Origin: an uncultured Desulfurococcales archaeon
GTDB lineage: Archaea > Thermoproteota > Thermoprotei_A > Sulfolobales > CAZFJX01
Direction of reading: 5' to 3'
Length of the DNA stretch: 64,000 nucleotides
NCBI GenBank assembly: GCA_964519505.1
Contig: CAZFJX010000006.1
Span: 29,899 to 93,898 of the forward strand
A model generated the notes under the pieces. It was not told the origin of the DNA and did not search any database. It saw nothing but the letters and a program-made list of their open reading frames with translations. Position numbers and translations under genes: made by a program. Positions 19,718 through 29,225 of this stretch are shown piece by piece. Numbering within the stretch: position 1 is the stretch's first letter; each line of letters starts with the position of its first letter.

Positions 19718-20683
19718 TCACTTAATCTTATTAATGATAGGTCTTATCTGGGGAAACGTACTGACCAACTCACTTAGCGTTGGGTAATGCCTAGCTCCGT
19801 AACCCATGCATTTGTAGGCACCTAAAGCATTACCTAATAATGCAGCTTCACTTAGCGGTAAACCCTTAATGACACCGTAAATAAAGCCAGCGTTAAACGC
19901 GTCACCAGCGCCTGTAGTGTCTACTGCCTTTACTTTAAAGCTCTTAATGGGGACTAGAGAACTTCCTTCCTTAACTAGTAAACATCCCATAGCACCTAAC
20001 TTTATGACTAAAGCTCTAGGCTTAAGAGCTCTATATAGCGATATAGCCACGTCCTTATTGAAGGTCTTAGACTTAACTATAGATACAGCCTCCTCCCTAT
20101 TTAGGAAAACATAGTCAACAACCCCCTTAAGCTCCTTAATAACATCTGAATCACTAAATGCTATACCCTCTAAATCCACGGATGTATTTATACCTAACTC
20201 CTTAACCTTACTTAACACGTCAATATAGCTACCTACCTTAGTCCTATTGAGTAACATATAACCAGAGATATGGAGGTGTTTAAGACCTTCAGAAATACCC
20301 AAGTCATCAATACTCAAATCACATAGGGAGTTAGCCCCTCTAAATCCTATGATGGCTCTCGAACCTTCAGGATTTATATGTATAACTACTGTGCATGTAC
20401 CTAACCCCTTTAACCTCCTTACAGAGCGAACATCAACACCATTCTTAATTAAGTCATCAAGGTATATCTTACCGAAGAAGTCATCACCCACACAACCTAA
20501 TGCCCTTACACTTAATCCTAACTTACTTAACGCACAAGATACGTTACCACCAACGCCACCAAACGATAACTTAATGTCTCTAGCAACAAAAGATTGATCG
20601 AAACTAGGTAATCTATCTATATATACTAGAACATCAACACAGAAATCACCAAATACGGCTACATCAACCATTAAGTAACCCAA
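19718..20683 (-). CDS. PfkB-family carbohydrate kinase (ribokinase/KDG-kinase-like)
   Basis: N-terminal GG motif (SFGGVGGNVS) and C-terminal anion-hole motif DTTGAGDAFNAGF. Confidence 0.85.
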   Translation of the reverse strand: MGYLMVDVAVFGDFCVDVLVYIDRLPSFDQSFVARDIKLSFGGVGGNVSCALSKLGLSVRALGCVGDDFFGKIYLDDLIKNGVDVRSVRRLKGLGTCTVVIHINPEGSRAIIGFRGANSLCDLSIDDLGISEGLKHLHISGYMLLNRTKVGSYIDVLSKVKELGINTSVDLEGIAFSDSDVIKELKGVVDYVFLNREEAVSIVKSKTFNKDVAISLYRALKPRALVIKLGAMGCLLVKEGSSLVPIKSFKVKAVDTTGAGDAFNAGFIYGVIKGLPLSEAALLGNALGAYKCMGYGARHYPTLSELVSTFPQIRPIINKIK

Positions 20684-20748
20684 TAAATCTAATTACTGCT
20701 GGGCTAATTAAAAATTATTTATGATTTAAACACACTTAAGTACATACC

Positions 20749-21633
20749 TCACTTAGTTTTCCTTAACTCCTTAACTATCCTCATAAGCTTCTTAACTCTC
20801 TCTGGATCTACAGGGTTTTGAGTTATCCCATTAACCTTGAAGTAAGTACCTACTATAGCCCCGTCAGCATACCTAAGTAGTTCCCTAACATTGCCTAGGT
20901 TAACTCCACTACCTATAATTACTGGTACATCCTTAACTACAGACTTAACCCTCTTAACAAGCTCTACTTCAGGCGCTATACCAGTCATTAAGCCCGTAAC
21001 TATTAATGCATCAGCTAGGTAGAAGTCTGTCCATATAGCATGCACCTCAGGAGTTATTCCTGGGAACATTACTGCATGTTTCTTATATACATCAGCAAAG
21101 AACTTTATGTCTTCAGCATATAATAGCTTCCTAAGCCTCATCAACTCAGCTGCATTGCCGTGATCGAACTCACCAGTATCCCATACTAAAGCTCCTGTGT
21201 ATAAGCAGACCCTAATGAACTTAGCTCCAGAGGCTTTAGCAATACCTAAGGCTACTCTACCACCGTTATGAATCACGGTAATGCCTACAGGCACGTTAAC
21301 AGACTTAACGACCTCCCTAGCAGCGACTGCGTGGGCCGCTATCTCTTCAGGAGGTATGTTCTTGCTACCGGCGTAATATGGTAGGTCCCACATGTTCTCA
21401 ACAATAAGCCCATCAACCCCCCCTTCAATAAGGGCTTTTGCGTCCCTTAACGCTGCTTCAATAATGATATTCATATCCCAACCATTATATGCTGGAGATC
21501 CCGGTAATGGCATTAAGTGAACCATGCCTATTATCGGTTTATCTACACCGAACAGTTCAGTTAAATTCCTTAACCTCTTACCATAGAATTCTCTAGCCCA
21601 TTCAGGTATTAATTCATTAATGTTGATGGGCAT
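20749..21633 (-). CDS. BtpA/SgcQ-family TIM-barrel protein (paralog 1)
   Basis: KPIIGMVHLMPLPGSPAYNG, EGGVDGLIVEN, VIIGSGVN...ADGAIVGTYFK. Clearly paralogous to 34023..34838. Confidence 0.75.
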   Translation of the reverse strand: MPININELIPEWAREFYGKRLRNLTELFGVDKPIIGMVHLMPLPGSPAYNGWDMNIIIEAALRDAKALIEGGVDGLIVENMWDLPYYAGSKNIPPEEIAAHAVAAREVVKSVNVPVGITVIHNGGRVALGIAKASGAKFIRVCLYTGALVWDTGEFDHGNAAELMRLRKLLYAEDIKFFADVYKKHAVMFPGITPEVHAIWTDFYLADALIVTGLMTGIAPEVELVKRVKSVVKDVPVIIGSGVNLGNVRELLRYADGAIVGTYFKVNGITQNPVDPERVKKLMRIVKELRKTK

Positions 21634-21795
21634 GGAAACACCGAGTAAAACTTATTGTTGGGGGTAATATAGTGGATACTTAGGTGTATATATCAGGTAC
21701 TTAACTAATCTATTAGAAGTTAACATCCTTATGAGAAAACCTTATTTTACTTAAGCCCCTAGAAATTCAAGGGTGGTAATATCCGAAGATTTGAT

Positions 21796-22668
21796 GTGTA
21801 TACCCCCTCTAGCTTGGATGATGCTCTTAAGTTCTTAAGTAAAGAACCCAGCGCGGTACCTATGGCTGGCGGTACGGAGGTTATGGTACTAATTAGGGAT
21901 GGGGTCATAAAGCCTAAGAAGTTATTGGATCTATGGCCATTAAAGAAGAAACTTAGTTATGTGAAGCTAGAGAATGGTTTAGTTAAGATTGGTGCCTTAA
22001 CAACAGCTTCAGAATTAAGTAGGTCATTCCTAGTTAAGGACCATAGATACTTAGGCTTTAAGGACCTAGTTAAGAACTTCTCCACTCACTTTATACGTAA
22101 CTTAGCCACAGTTGGCGGTAATATAGGGTGCGCCCACCCGATGTCCGATATAGCTACATTACTACTAGCCCTTGATGCTAAGGTTAAGCTAGTTAGTACC
22201 GAGGGTGTGAGAGTAATACCTCTCGATAACGCTTTCGTAGGGTTAAGGAAGTTTGCTAGGAAGCCTAATGAGTTGATAACTGAGGTATTCTTTAATGATA
22301 AGCCTAAGAACTCATCAACGGCGTTCATAAAGTTCGACCGTAGATGGGGTCACTCAATGGGGTATATAATAGTGGCTACCTATATGGAGCTTGATGGCAA
22401 TGTAATTAAGGACGTTAAACTAGCCTACGATAGCGTCGGTGAGCCATATCCTGGTAGGGCTAAGAAGACTGAGGAGTTCCTTAAGGGTAAGGAGTTTAGT
22501 GGTGGGGTTCTCGATAAAGCATTCAATGAGGTATTACCTAGGGAAATGAGGAGAATAACTGACTATAGAGCATCAGCTGAGTATAGGTTGGAACTCTCTA
22601 AGATTTTGTCTAAGAAAGCGCTCTACATAATTAAGGAGAGAATTGAGAGAGGTGGAACCCGTGGTTAG
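21796..22668 (+). CDS. Molybdenum hydroxylase medium subunit (FAD-binding, CoxM/CutB-like)
   Basis: FAD-binding PCMH-type domain (PMAGGTEVMVL, ATVGGNI). C-terminal CO_deh_flav_C region (DYRASAEYR). Confidence 0.85.
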   Translation: MYTPSSLDDALKFLSKEPSAVPMAGGTEVMVLIRDGVIKPKKLLDLWPLKKKLSYVKLENGLVKIGALTTASELSRSFLVKDHRYLGFKDLVKNFSTHFIRNLATVGGNIGCAHPMSDIATLLLALDAKVKLVSTEGVRVIPLDNAFVGLRKFARKPNELITEVFFNDKPKNSSTAFIKFDRRWGHSMGYIIVATYMELDGNVIKDVKLAYDSVGEPYPGRAKKTEEFLKGKEFSGGVLDKAFNEVLPREMRRITDYRASAEYRLELSKILSKKALYIIKERIERGGTRG

Positions 22669-23176
22669 TGATGAGTATAAACCCGTAACTATAAGGGTTA
22701 ACGTTAATGGCAAGGACTATGTAATCGATGTTAAGCCTTATGAAAGACTTATAGATGTGTTAAGGTATAAGCTAGGCTTAACAAGCGTTAAGGAGGGTTG
22801 CGGTAGGGGTGAGTGTGGAGCTTGTGTAGTTCTCATGGATGGTAAGCCTATAGCTTCATGCTTAACCTTAGCCGTTAGAGCTAACGGTAAGAAAATAATC
22901 ACTCTTGAAGGTATAGCACCACCAGGTAAGATACATGCAATACAGAAAGCCCTACTAGACACGCACACAATACAGTGCGGATTCTGCGTGCCTGGCATTA
23001 TACTATCACTTAAGTGGTTACTAGATAGCAACCCCAACCCAACTGATGAAGAAATTAAAGACGTTCTCGACGGGCATCTCTGTAGATGCGGTAGTTACTT
23101 AAGGTTCATTAAGGCAGCGAAACTAGCTGCTCAATACATACGTGAAGGCAAGATCTATTTTGATGTTGAGGGGTGA
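22643..23176 (+). CDS. Molybdenum hydroxylase small subunit, two [2Fe-2S] clusters (CoxS/CutC-like)
   Basis: Plant-type cluster CGRGECGACVV and second cluster QCGFCVPG...CRCGSY. Confidence 0.9.
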   Translation: MREVEPVVSDEYKPVTIRVNVNGKDYVIDVKPYERLIDVLRYKLGLTSVKEGCGRGECGACVVLMDGKPIASCLTLAVRANGKKIITLEGIAPPGKIHAIQKALLDTHTIQCGFCVPGIILSLKWLLDSNPNPTDEEIKDVLDGHLCRCGSYLRFIKAAKLAAQYIREGKIYFDVEG

Positions 23177-25542
23177 GATCCATGAGTGAAGTACCTGAAT
23201 ATGTTAAGATAGTTGAAGAAGTATTTGAGAAATATAAGACATTCATATATGTAGGTAAGCATATTAGAAGATGGGATGCTGTTGATAAAGTTACTGGAAG
23301 GACTAAATTCGTTGCTGACTTAATACCTATGTACAGGAACTTAGTCTACGTATATACCGTTAGGACTAAGTACGCTCACGCATTAATTAAAAGTATAGAC
23401 GTTAATGAAGCACTTAAACACCCCGGGGTTCTTAGGGTAGTAACAGCTAAGGACATACCGGGGATTAACGATGCTGGTTATGTAATTCCTGATCAGCCAT
23501 TAATAGCTGATAGGAAGGTGAGGTATGTAGGGGACGCTGTAGCACTAATAATAGCTGAGGATTACTTAACCGCCCGTGAGGCGGCTGAGAAGATACATGT
23601 CGAGTATGAACCCTTACCAGTAATCACTGACCCACTTGAGGTCATAGACTTAAAGACCCTTAGGGAGAGGAAGCATGTGCTAATTCATGATGAGAAAGGT
23701 ACGGACCTCGTAGCTCATTACAAGATTAGGAAGGGTGATGTTGAGAAGGCGTTCAAGGAGGCTGATGTGGTTGTTGAGGGTGAGTACAGGACTCAGTTTC
23801 AGGAACATGCCTACATGGAACCTGAGGCTGCAATAGCTATACCTGAACCTGATGGTAGTGTTACTGTCATAACGACTACTCAATGCCCGTTCGAGGTTAG
23901 GAGAACCGTAGCTAAGGTATTAGGATTGTCTCAGAACATGGTTAGAGTTATAGCCCCGCTCATGGGTGGTGGTTTTGGTGGTAAGGAGGACGTAGCTAAC
24001 GAGATAGGTGCCCGTGCAGCATTAGCTGCCCGCCTCACTGGTAGACCTGCCGTAGTCATACATACAAGGGAGGAGTCAATCATAGGACATAGCAAAAGAC
24101 ACCCGATGGTTGCTTGGTATAGGCATGGAGCTAGGAAGGACGGTACTATAGTTGCTGTTGAAGCCAACATAGTTCTAGACACTGGTGCCTACGCTTCATT
24201 AGGGCCCTTCGTTGCTTGGAGAGCCACGGTACACTCTGTAGGTCCTTACAAAGTACCTAACGCCAGGGTAGACACTATAGCTGTTTACACAAATAACGTA
24301 TATGCAGGCGCCTTTAGAGGTTTCGGTAATCCGCAGGTACACTTCGCTGTTGAGTCACAAATGGATAAGTTAGCTGAGGAACTAGGTATGGATCCTGCAG
24401 AGTTGAGGCTTAAGAACTTACTGAGGGCTGGTGATAGAACTGTTCATGGGCAGTTACTAACGCCTGAACATGGTGTTGGTCTTGAGGAGTGCTTACTAAA
24501 GGCCATGGAAGTAGCTAAGTGGAGGGAGAAGAGGGCTCTCTACGTTAAGCAGGTAGGTAAGCTAAGGAAGGGTATAGGAGTCGCACTAATGTGGCACGGT
24601 AACTCGATAGGTGTTGAGGGCGCTGACTACTCATCAGTCTCAATAATAATCAATAGGGACGGATCAATAACGTTTAGGACGGGACTAACGGACTTTGGCC
24701 AAGGTGCTATTCAAGGATTAATCAACATAGCTGCTGAGATATTAGGTGTGCCACCTTCATACTTCCATGTTGAGCTTGCTGATACCTCATCAACGCCTGA
24801 CGCAGGACCTACGGTGGCTTCAAGAAGTACTGTCATGGGTGGTAACGCTACGGTGAATGCTGCCTATAAGTTAAGGAAGAGACTAAATGAGGTAGCGGCT
24901 AAGATGCTTGGATGCAGCCCTGACGACGTCGTTATTAAGGCACCTGATGTATACTGTAAGGACAACCCTGAGAAGAAGATTAAGTGGGGTGAATTAATTG
25001 AGCAGTGCTTCTGGTTAGGTGTGCCACTACAGGAGTTTGGGTTCTTTAGAGCACCGTTCGCCGAGTGGGAAGAGGAAACAGGTCAGGGTGCCCCATATAT
25101 AACATACACTTTTGGAGCGATAATAGCTGAGGTCACGGTAGATACTGAGACAGGAGGTGTGAAGGTAGATAGGATAATCACGGCTTACGACATAGGTAAG
25201 GTGATCAATAAAGTTGGTGCTGAGTTACATGCTGAGGGAGGGGCCGTACAGGGCTTAGGCTACGCATTAATGGAGGAACTAGTCCATGACCCTGACGGCA
25301 GGGTAAGGAACCCGAACTTATCAACGTATTACATACCGACGGTAAAGGACACCCCTGAAGTCATATCTATATGGGTTGAGTCAGGGTATAAGAGAGGGCC
25401 TTTCGGTGCTAAAGGCTTAGGTGAGCCATCAATAAACGGCATAGCTGCGGCAATAGCTAATGCCGTAGCCCACGCGATAGGTAGAAGAATACATAGCCTA
25501 CCAATAACCCCAGAGAAGGTATTCTTCGCCTTAAGGAAGTAA
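23173..25542 (+). CDS. Molybdenum hydroxylase large subunit (molybdopterin-binding aldehyde oxidoreductase/XDH type)
   Basis: Motifs GGGFGGKE, AGAFRGFGNPQ and GLGEPS. The active-site loop is the XDH/aldehyde-oxidase type, not the AYxCSFR type of true CO dehydrogenase. Confidence 0.9.
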   Translation: MRSMSEVPEYVKIVEEVFEKYKTFIYVGKHIRRWDAVDKVTGRTKFVADLIPMYRNLVYVYTVRTKYAHALIKSIDVNEALKHPGVLRVVTAKDIPGINDAGYVIPDQPLIADRKVRYVGDAVALIIAEDYLTAREAAEKIHVEYEPLPVITDPLEVIDLKTLRERKHVLIHDEKGTDLVAHYKIRKGDVEKAFKEADVVVEGEYRTQFQEHAYMEPEAAIAIPEPDGSVTVITTTQCPFEVRRTVAKVLGLSQNMVRVIAPLMGGGFGGKEDVANEIGARAALAARLTGRPAVVIHTREESIIGHSKRHPMVAWYRHGARKDGTIVAVEANIVLDTGAYASLGPFVAWRATVHSVGPYKVPNARVDTIAVYTNNVYAGAFRGFGNPQVHFAVESQMDKLAEELGMDPAELRLKNLLRAGDRTVHGQLLTPEHGVGLEECLLKAMEVAKWREKRALYVKQVGKLRKGIGVALMWHGNSIGVEGADYSSVSIIINRDGSITFRTGLTDFGQGAIQGLINIAAEILGVPPSYFHVELADTSSTPDAGPTVASRSTVMGGNATVNAAYKLRKRLNEVAAKMLGCSPDDVVIKAPDVYCKDNPEKKIKWGELIEQCFWLGVPLQEFGFFRAPFAEWEEETGQGAPYITYTFGAIIAEVTVDTETGGVKVDRIITAYDIGKVINKVGAELHAEGGAVQGLGYALMEELVHDPDGRVRNPNLSTYYIPTVKDTPEVISIWVESGYKRGPFGAKGLGEPSINGIAAAIANAVAHAIGRRIHSLPITPEKVFFALRK

Positions 25543-25608
25543 CTCAAAACGAGTATTTCCCCAACATAACCCATATTCTTATTACTTCTTAGTTAGATAG
25601 TGTTTTAG

Positions 25609-25881
25609 GTGGGCAATATCCAAGTAACTATAGCTAGGAAGGAGATACGTATATCTGGAATCCATACACATGTATTCGCTAGGTTCTTAACAACTGAGCT
25701 TTTAGAGATCGTTATGAGTAAGAGTAGGAGGGTAAATGTGTTCTTTGAGGGTGAGCCCGGGCCTGGAGGTGGTGGTATGGATATAAAGATTGTCTTTGAT
25801 GGCGAATTATCTGATTTAGAGATGAACACTGTTGCTAGGTTCTTTAAGCTTAAAGGGGCTAATATTAAGGTAGTTAGGTAA
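25609..25881 (+). CDS. Small hypothetical protein
   Basis: 90-aa ORF with balanced charged/hydrophobic composition and a Gly/Pro linker (EGEPGPGGGG). The fully overlapping minus-strand ORF has S/L/P/I-rich antisense-like composition. Confidence 0.35.
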   Translation: MGNIQVTIARKEIRISGIHTHVFARFLTTELLEIVMSKSRRVNVFFEGEPGPGGGGMDIKIVFDGELSDLEMNTVARFFKLKGANIKVVR

Positions 25882-25947
25882 CTTTCTTGGTTATTCATTG
25901 ATTAAAAGATTTAAGGGGGTTGTTTCTATTTTCATCAAGGATTTACT

Positions 25948-26142
25948 GTGGGGGCGTTAAGGCGGTACCGCTATATACTAGTGCTTATACCTTACTTCAT
26001 GATCGCGTTAATACCTTTCGTTAATAGGTTAGAACCTAAGGTATTCGGCTTACCCTTCCTTTGGTTTTGGTTTTTTATGTGGGCGGTGTTAATCACCGTC
26101 TTAATAACTATATTATACCTTATTGAGGTGAAGAAACCGTGA
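25948..26142 (+). CDS. Small two-TM membrane protein coupled to the sodium:solute symporter (DUF3311-like)
   Basis: 64 aa with two hydrophobic helices. 4-nt overlap (GTGA) with the symporter start. This arrangement is typical of the small subunit found upstream of SSS transporters. Confidence 0.5.
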   Translation: MGALRRYRYILVLIPYFMIALIPFVNRLEPKVFGLPFLWFWFFMWAVLITVLITILYLIEVKKP

Positions 26143-27602
26143 CTGAGGCGATAAGTGAGGGGTTAACTGCTTTAGGTATAATACTGTTCTGGATATCGTT
26201 AACGGCTATGGTAGGTCTTTACTTCTCCATAAAGTACCGTAAGGCAGGGGCTGAGTCCTGGTTTGTTGCTGGTAGGAGGCTTGGGTTACTAATTCTCTGG
26301 TTAAGTTTAGGTGCTAACATATATAGTGCCTACACATTCCTTGGGTTACCAGGCTATACCGTTAAGAACGGTGTTAAAGTATTAGCCATATTGATATATG
26401 GTCAGCTATCTTACATATTGGCATACCTAATAACGCCTAAACTATGGGAGTTAGGTAAGGCTAAGAGGTACGTAACTCTCTCTGACTACTTTGAAGATAG
26501 GTATAATAGTAAGTTATTAGGTGCCTTAACAGCTATTGTAGGTGCCTTATTTAGCATACCATATATACAGCTACAAATACTGGGTATTGGGTACATAATC
26601 GAGTCAGCAGGTTACGGGCTTCTAGACCCATTCGCGTCACAGCTAATAGCATTCTCATTAATAGCCATATTCACCATACTCGGTGGAATGGTTAGTGTAG
26701 CGTTCATTAACGCCCTCCAAGGAGCAATAATGTTAATCACTATTTGGGGAATCGGGTTCTTAATACCGATGATACGTTATGGAGGTATAGGACCCATGTT
26801 TGAAGCCTTTGAGTCAGTAAAGCCTTCAATGGTATTATTCGATAATAAGTTAATTATATGGACAGCAACCTTAGCTATAGCATCATCAGTAGGGTTCTGG
26901 ATGTGGCCAAACAGAATTCAAGGTGTGTTCACAGCAAAGAGTTCAGACACCGTCAAGAGGAACGCGTTAGCTTTATCGTTCTTCCAGATTTCTCAAATAC
27001 CTATAATATTAGTCGGTCTTACGGCAGCTACCCTCTATTATCAAGGGGTCTTAAAGCTACCTAAGCCTGATTACGCGCTTATCGAGATAATTAAGTTTAC
27101 GTTTCCTTCATGGGTTGTAGGAATCGCTGGTGCTGGAGCAGTTGCTGCCGCAATATCAACGGCTGCGGCATTACTACATACTTCAGGGGCTTTATTCGCT
27201 AGGAACGCGTATCAGAGACTGTTTAAGCCTGAGGCTAAAGAACGTGAGTTAGTGATGGCCGCAAGGATATTTACTGGCGCTATAGCCATAATAGCCTTAA
27301 TTTTAGCCGTACTCAGACCTGCGCTCATAGTTTATTTACTATTAACTGGTTATGCCGGAGTAACTCAGTTCTTCCCCGGTATCGCATTAGGCATTAAATG
27401 GAAGAAAGTAACTAAGAACGGCGTTCTATTAGGACTTATCGCAGGTATAATTACTGCCATATTAACTAGAATAGTCACTGTAGATCCTCTAGGGATATTC
27501 GGTGGTTTCTGGGGCCTAGCAATCAACTTCGCGGTAACAGTGAGTATTAGCCTATTAGAGCATAGGTTGAGGGGGTTTAGGGAGAGGAAGAATATTCCTT
27601 AA
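26139..27602 (+). CDS. Sodium:solute symporter family (SSS) transporter
   Basis: About 13 TM helices. N-terminal FVAGRRLG motif and overall SSF-like pattern. Confidence 0.85.
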   Translation: MTEAISEGLTALGIILFWISLTAMVGLYFSIKYRKAGAESWFVAGRRLGLLILWLSLGANIYSAYTFLGLPGYTVKNGVKVLAILIYGQLSYILAYLITPKLWELGKAKRYVTLSDYFEDRYNSKLLGALTAIVGALFSIPYIQLQILGIGYIIESAGYGLLDPFASQLIAFSLIAIFTILGGMVSVAFINALQGAIMLITIWGIGFLIPMIRYGGIGPMFEAFESVKPSMVLFDNKLIIWTATLAIASSVGFWMWPNRIQGVFTAKSSDTVKRNALALSFFQISQIPIILVGLTAATLYYQGVLKLPKPDYALIEIIKFTFPSWVVGIAGAGAVAAAISTAAALLHTSGALFARNAYQRLFKPEAKERELVMAARIFTGAIAIIALILAVLRPALIVYLLLTGYAGVTQFFPGIALGIKWKKVTKNGVLLGLIAGIITAILTRIVTVDPLGIFGGFWGLAINFAVTVSISLLEHRLRGFRERKNIP

Positions 27603-28221
27603 TAACCTTCCTCAACCTTCTCTTTAATCTCTTCATACCTGTTAATGCTCTTCTTAAGCTCTTAACCGGGTATTTCTTAGACACGAAATCTATTAGTTGT
27701 TCAACGTACATTAATGGATCCTTACCTACAAGCTCAACTAAGTATCTCCAATCAATTATGTCTGAGTATATATACATGAGCTGTATCGCGTCCTCGATAT
27801 CCTCTAAAGTACCTTGCTCACGTATCTTAACAGCTATTAATTCCTCAAGAGGAGCTAAGTAAATGACAACGTCTTCAATAAAGACCTTCATACGCCTTTC
27901 TAAAGTCTTACGGTCAAGATCTGTCTTAGCTACCTTAAAATCAACCATAACCCCACTGAATAAGGGCACTATGAAGTTCTGCTTAAGCCTAAAAGCCTTC
28001 TTAACCTCCTCAATATTAACGTCATAGTCAAGATCAGCTAATTCATAAGCAATCTTAACGAGGTCATGCTCTGAACGCACGTTAATCAGTATGTCTACGT
28101 CCAACGTGGTTCTCTGAACACCTAATAAATAAGCGGCAACCCCACCTATTAATGCGTACTCAACACCGAACTCATTAAGTATATCACATATCTTAAGCAA
28201 CTCACTCAACATCATTAACAC
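27577..28221 (-). CDS. Minimal nucleotidyltransferase (Pol-beta superfamily) fold protein
   Basis: hG[GS]-x13-DxD signature (ALIGGVAAYLLGVQRTTLDVDILI) followed by a helical C-terminal half. The 3' end overlaps the symporter 3' end convergently by 26 nt. Confidence 0.55.
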   Translation of the reverse strand: MLMMLSELLKICDILNEFGVEYALIGGVAAYLLGVQRTTLDVDILINVRSEHDLVKIAYELADLDYDVNIEEVKKAFRLKQNFIVPLFSGVMVDFKVAKTDLDRKTLERRMKVFIEDVVIYLAPLEELIAVKIREQGTLEDIEDAIQLMYIYSDIIDWRYLVELVGKDPLMYVEQLIDFVSKKYPVKSLRRALTGMKRLKRRLRKVIKEYSSSP

Positions 28222-28432
28222 CTAATAGGTCTTTCTTAATCGAGAACCTGAAGTACCATCTAATCATCTTCCTAAGAATAAGTGACTCAATTAATCTCTT
28301 ATGGAACTCACGAATATGAATTCTAAATAATGTTTTAACGATATCATATCTTATATGGGCTAATTCCTCATACTCCCTAAGCATTCTAACCCTACTCATG
28401 TCAGCTACAAGCTCTCTTCTCCAGAGCTCCAT
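28202..28432 (-). CDS. Small helical hypothetical protein upstream of the NTase
   Basis: 76-aa ORF. 20-nt overlap with the NTase gene start suggests co-translation. No motif recognised. Confidence 0.35.
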   Translation of the reverse strand: MELWRRELVADMSRVRMLREYEELAHIRYDIVKTLFRIHIREFHKRLIESLILRKMIRWYFRFSIKKDLLGVNDVE

Positions 28433-28569
28433 ATCAGTAACCTCTATTAATTACTTAACTCACTAGATTTTATAACACATATATAAGTTAAATAATTTCT
28501 GGTATACTCCTATATATTCCTGTATGATATTACTCGATATTGGTAACTCAGTATACGACTAGTAATATC

Positions 28570-29160
28570 CTAGTAATATCTGTGTTTTCTCTTAATGTAT
28601 GAGAATGGTATTTTACGTTTAATTAATTCCCTACGTAGAGTACCTAAGAGTATCCTAGGCATTAGGTATATGTGCATATCTTCATCCTCCTCAAGAACTA
28701 ATAGGACTTTCCACGGCTCAACAATTAATTCATTAATGGTATGTAAAAACTCATACCTACTTAATGATGTAATGAATGTAAGTTCTTCACCTAATCTCTT
28801 GACCTTATTATTTAATATTTTGAATACTTCATCAAAATCCCTAGTTGACCTTACTTTTATTCCCCAAAACCTTACGTACTTACTATCAATATGTTCAAGG
28901 AGCCTCTCCCATTGCCTTTCACTTAACTTTATAGGGGTATCTATGAGTAAGAACCTCACTATATCATAACCTATATTTACCCAAACATCAGCTATGAATA
29001 CAACATCAATCCTACCAGCTAAGCTTATATGTATATCCTCAATCTCAAATCCTAAAAGCCACTCAATAAACTCCCTTAAATCCTCCCTATCCCTAATAAG
29101 CTCACTAGCCTTGCCATCAACCTCGAAAAACTCATCATGATATGAGCTATATATCAGCAT
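28570..29160 (-). CDS. Hypothetical protein (accessory islet)
   Basis: 196-aa ORF in an AT-rich stretch with an acidic N-terminal half and a basic tail. No recognised domain. Confidence 0.4.
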   Translation of the reverse strand: MLIYSSYHDEFFEVDGKASELIRDREDLREFIEWLLGFEIEDIHISLAGRIDVVFIADVWVNIGYDIVRFLLIDTPIKLSERQWERLLEHIDSKYVRFWGIKVRSTRDFDEVFKILNNKVKRLGEELTFITSLSRYEFLHTINELIVEPWKVLLVLEEDEDMHIYLMPRILLGTLRRELIKRKIPFSYIKRKHRYY

Positions 29161-29225
29161 CCTACCTCACATTCACGGGTAATCTAGTGTGAAGAGATTT
29201 ATATTGCTTAAGAATGCGTTCATAC

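Noticed and set aside
21796-25542. Aerobic carbon monoxide dehydrogenase (coxMSL)
   Set aside because: The large subunit lacks the AYxCSFR (form I) and AYRGAGR (form II) active-site loops. It has the GAFRGFG loop typical of xanthine/aldehyde oxidoreductases.
25605-25898. 97-aa minus-strand ORF fully overlapping the 90-aa + strand ORF
   Set aside because: The S/L/P/I/T-rich low-complexity composition is typical of an antisense frame. The + strand frame looks more protein-like, although neither is strongly supported.
28202-28432. The 76-aa protein as a HEPN partner of the NTase (contains RIHIREFH, a possible Rx6H)
   Set aside because: It is too short for a HEPN domain (about 110-130 aa), and the R-x6-H match could easily be chance. 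It is kept only as an unknown partner.
28559-28580. Perfect 11-nt tandem duplication CTAGTAATATC x2 at the 3' end of ORF 28570..29160
   Set aside because: It is real in the sequence but too short to assign a function. It is probably a slippage duplication around the stop codon and is mentioned only within the accessory-islet finding.
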